Assembly (NCBI GenBank): GCA_013140495.1 | Contig: JABFSR010000015.1 | Coordinates: 11,210-75,209, forward strand | DNA: 64,000 bases | Origin: Verrucomicrobiota bacterium | Lineage (GTDB): Bacteria; Verrucomicrobiota; Verrucomicrobiia; Limisphaerales; JADLHS01 | Direction: 5' to 3' | In this document: one piece after another, positions 61,189-64,000 of the stretch | Position numbering within the stretch: the first letter of the stretch is position 1 | How the letters are laid out: every line of letters begins with the position of its first letter | The notes under the pieces: generated by a model | What the model was told of the DNA's origin: nothing | Seen by the model: only the letters and a program-made list of their open reading frames with translations | The model's database searches: none | Translations under genes and position numbers: made by a program

Positions 61189-63822
61189 TTACTTCTGGCT
61201 TTGAAGTTTCTCCTGTGCCTCCTGTGCCCGCGCGTGGTCAATCCTCCTTTGGTATGTTGCTCGCAACGGAGGGTACGCCTCACACAACAGTTCATAAAAA
61301 CGCCCTGCCGCCCCCCAGTCGAACAACTGTTCATAGGACAGGCGTCCGCCTTCCAAACACGCCTTACGCAGCCAGAATAAATCCCGCGCCTCACCCGCAG
61401 CCCGATTCTCGTCAATTACCTTGGCGTATTGCTCGCGTGCGGCCTTGAGCAGCGAGACTTGATCGCTGGTCGTGGGCAGCGCGGACATAAGTTCCAACAC
61501 TTGCGCCATACCCACGCGGCATCGGCTGCGAGCGGAAATGCCAGCAGCCGGCAAATCAAGCGCCGTCTGAAACGCCTGAAGCGCGTTCGAGTAATAGCCC
61601 GCATCCCGGGCAGCCATCTGAAGATAGCACGAGCCCGTTTCACCCCACGCCTGCGCCTCCCATTCGGTGTTGGGTTTCTCCTCGCGTATTTGCTTGAACA
61701 CACCGATGACGAGTTCAAGCACCGCCAGCCGGTTTGTTTCCACCGCAGCCTGCTTTATCAATGCACCGCCGTAGGCAGCAAGCGCCTGCATGCGCAGTTC
61801 ATCTTTGCACTTCGCATTTGAGATCAGATTCGTGAAATGTTCCATTGCGTTCAGACTGTCCAGCCGCAACATCGCCGTCCGGCCCGCCATCATCAGCGCC
61901 TGCAAAGCCAGATCGGAATCAGGCCATTTCTGGTAGAGCAATTTGTAATCTTGCTCCGCCTTGATCAGTTGTGCATCGCCCTGTCTGTAATAATAATCAG
62001 CCACCCACCACTGCGCCTGTGGCGCGAATTCATTCGTCGGAAAAGTGGCTGCAAGATTGGTGAGCAAATTGAACGCATTTGTTTCATTGCCCAGCCGTAC
62101 CAATGCGAGGGCTTGACGAAATTCCACTTCCGCCCGCATGGCGTTCGTACCGAACCGCTCCAGCCATAAACCATAAGCGGATTGCGCCGCCGCCCAATCG
62201 CCAGCCTTCTCCGCCGCGCGCGCCATCACCAGTTCCATCTGCGGGCGCAACTCAGAATCCGGAAACCGCTCCACAAATTCCCGGAACAGGCCGCCCGCCG
62301 CCCCGGAATCACCCGACGTCACCAACCCCTGCGTCACAAGCAACACGCTGCGGTCCGCCTCCGGACTGCGCGGATTTGTTTCGAGAATTTTGCGCATTGC
62401 ATCAGTCGCGGCGGTAAGATTCGTCAGCGCCAGAGCGGCCCTCACCGACTGGTAAAGCGCGGTCGCCGTCAGTGATTCCCTGGCACGGGGCCAGAGGGCG
62501 GCTTCGGTCAACGCCGCGCGGTAGTTTTCCAGAGCTCCAGAATAATTTGTCTGTGCGTAAAGACAGTCTGCCAGTTTGAACCGCGCCACTGCGAGATTCT
62601 CGGACGACGGCAACATTTCCGCCGCGTGTGCAAAAGCCGTTGCACCTTCGGCCATTGCCGCACTTATCCAAAAACACCAGCCACGATTCAACTCGGCCCT
62701 TCCCCTCAGTTTGCTGTTGGGAAAGCCGGAGACACACCGGTCAAGATTTGTCGTTGCCCTGGCGAGAAGGTTTGATCCCTCGCCGGATACGTGGCGCTTG
62801 AGATAGAGCTCGCCGAGTTTGAGCAAGGCTTCATCCGCAGCCGGAGAGTTCGTAAAACGCACCAGATACTCCTCCAGCGCAACACACGCCTCAGCGGGCT
62901 TCCCATCGGCAACATATAACGCGGCGATTTTCTCCAATGCCAGCCTCTGCCCCTCCACCGAAATGTTGTTTGTCAAGTTCTGACCCAGGAGTGACGCCGC
63001 TTCGGCTCGTCGCCCAAGTTTCTCGAGAATCTCTGCACCCAACGCCACGCTCTCTGCCGCAAGGTCGGGGCGTCCCGCAGTGAAGGCAAGGGACGGGAGG
63101 TTCGTGCTGCCGCGCTGCGCCTCGTCCACACGGTTCAGGCCAAGTTGCGCCCGGCAGAGTTGATAACGCCGCTGCCAATCCTGAATCGGACTCAGACTGC
63201 GCGTGCCGATTTCGTTCAGTGCGGTTTCCGCATCGGCAAATGTTCCGAGCGCAATTCCTGCCTCCGCAAGGAGCAGCAGTCCGCGCACAAACATGTCGCT
63301 GTCGCCCGCGCCCGCCGCTTGCCGAAATGTTCCATCAGGTTTGCGCAGCAGTTCGGCGGCAGTTTTCCAGTCGCCAAGCTTTGCGCGCGATGCGGCTTCA
63401 CCCACGGATGCTTCGAGTCGTTTTGGTGAGGCGGGAAATTCCTGAGCCAGTCTGCCAAAGGACTCGGCCGCTGACTTGAACTGCCCGTCCTGAAACTGCG
63501 CCTCCGCCGTCCAATACTGAAATTCATCCGCACGCGTGCCGGCCTCGCCTCGCCGCGCAGCCAGCAACGAGATCACGACGGGGAACTTTTTGAGTTTGAA
63601 CCGGGCCTGTGCCTGCAACAGCACTGCTTCGACGAGACGCTGGGACTTGGGATAATTCTCAATGAACTTCCCAAACTCGGCATCTGCATTCTCCCACAGC
63701 TTGAGCCCGAATGAAGTTTCCGCCTTCCCGAACGCGCGTTCCTCACCCAGAGCAGCATGTATGCGACCGCTGCCAGCGAGCAGCAGCAATCCAGCGCAGA
63801 TGATAACACGCACCCATGACAT
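61189..63822 (-). CDS. Large secreted TPR-repeat protein
   Basis: Signal peptide MSWVRVIICAGLLLLAGSGRIHA, then TPR-like helical repeats throughout. Confidence 0.75.
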   Translation of the reverse strand: MSWVRVIICAGLLLLAGSGRIHAALGEERAFGKAETSFGLKLWENADAEFGKFIENYPKSQRLVEAVLLQAQARFKLKKFPVVISLLAARRGEAGTRADEFQYWTAEAQFQDGQFKSAAESFGRLAQEFPASPKRLEASVGEAASRAKLGDWKTAAELLRKPDGTFRQAAGAGDSDMFVRGLLLLAEAGIALGTFADAETALNEIGTRSLSPIQDWQRRYQLCRAQLGLNRVDEAQRGSTNLPSLAFTAGRPDLAAESVALGAEILEKLGRRAEAASLLGQNLTNNISVEGQRLALEKIAALYVADGKPAEACVALEEYLVRFTNSPAADEALLKLGELYLKRHVSGEGSNLLARATTNLDRCVSGFPNSKLRGRAELNRGWCFWISAAMAEGATAFAHAAEMLPSSENLAVARFKLADCLYAQTNYSGALENYRAALTEAALWPRARESLTATALYQSVRAALALTNLTAATDAMRKILETNPRSPEADRSVLLVTQGLVTSGDSGAAGGLFREFVERFPDSELRPQMELVMARAAEKAGDWAAAQSAYGLWLERFGTNAMRAEVEFRQALALVRLGNETNAFNLLTNLAATFPTNEFAPQAQWWVADYYYRQGDAQLIKAEQDYKLLYQKWPDSDLALQALMMAGRTAMLRLDSLNAMEHFTNLISNAKCKDELRMQALAAYGGALIKQAAVETNRLAVLELVIGVFKQIREEKPNTEWEAQAWGETGSCYLQMAARDAGYYSNALQAFQTALDLPAAGISARSRCRVGMAQVLELMSALPTTSDQVSLLKAAREQYAKVIDENRAAGEARDLFWLRKACLEGGRLSYEQLFDWGAAGRFYELLCEAYPPLRATYQRRIDHARAQEAQEKLQSQK

Positions 63823-64000
63823 GCGTGCGGAGCTTATCCGGGAAACGACAGAGCCGGAAAGAATGAAATCACGCAAAGAACCGAAGCGGGTTGCTTGGAC
63901 GAACCCACTGACGTTCTCGACCCGGTCACAAGTTGAACAACAACTTCAAAACCGCAGATGCTTCACCGTCAGCCCGCGATTGATCAGCTGTTTGAGGGAA

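Overview
High-GC bacterial chromosomal segment, probably PVC superphylum or Verrucomicrobiota. That placement is an inference from two PEP-CTERM proteins, two prepilin-type H-X9-DG proteins, a MoxR/DUF58/BatA-E aerotolerance operon and an outer-membrane biogenesis cluster. No searches could be run: every call rests on motif recognition, ORF geometry and hand alignment. About 60 protein genes are supported, mostly housekeeping: M20 peptidase, DAHP synthase, rhomboid, UDG, RluA, GT9, GT39, LhgO, ApgM, MgtE, a two-component system and IscA/ErpA. There are also 2 tRNAs (Arg-TCT, Leu-GAG), one cobalamin riboswitch, several hairpin terminators and three palindromic repeat families. Main observations: (1) A ~13.4-kb Mu-type transposable element (about 35334-48718) lies between the Bat operon and tRNA-Leu. 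It has MuA-like and MuB/TnsC-like genes, a c/ner-like switch, an HK97-type capsid gene and a tape-measure-like gene, but no ORF that could be a terminase, portal, protease or tail. It may be a transposable phage satellite or a capsid-bearing transposon. (2) A cobalamin riboswitch precedes an operon with no known B12 genes: PEP-CTERM protein, Cys-rich CWC protein, secreted lectin-like protein and pseudopilin. (3) At three loci an intact gene terminus and a diverged ~45-100-nt copy of it bracket accessory genes (egtD-like 3' end, moxR 3'/DUF58 5', lhgO 3' end). Two of these involve an MNT-type nucleotidyltransferase two-gene cassette. (4) Two heptanucleotide tandem repeats sit in the 5' coding regions of envelope proteins. 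(5) One repeat family has an 18-nt core that is identical at three loci and overlaps start codons.
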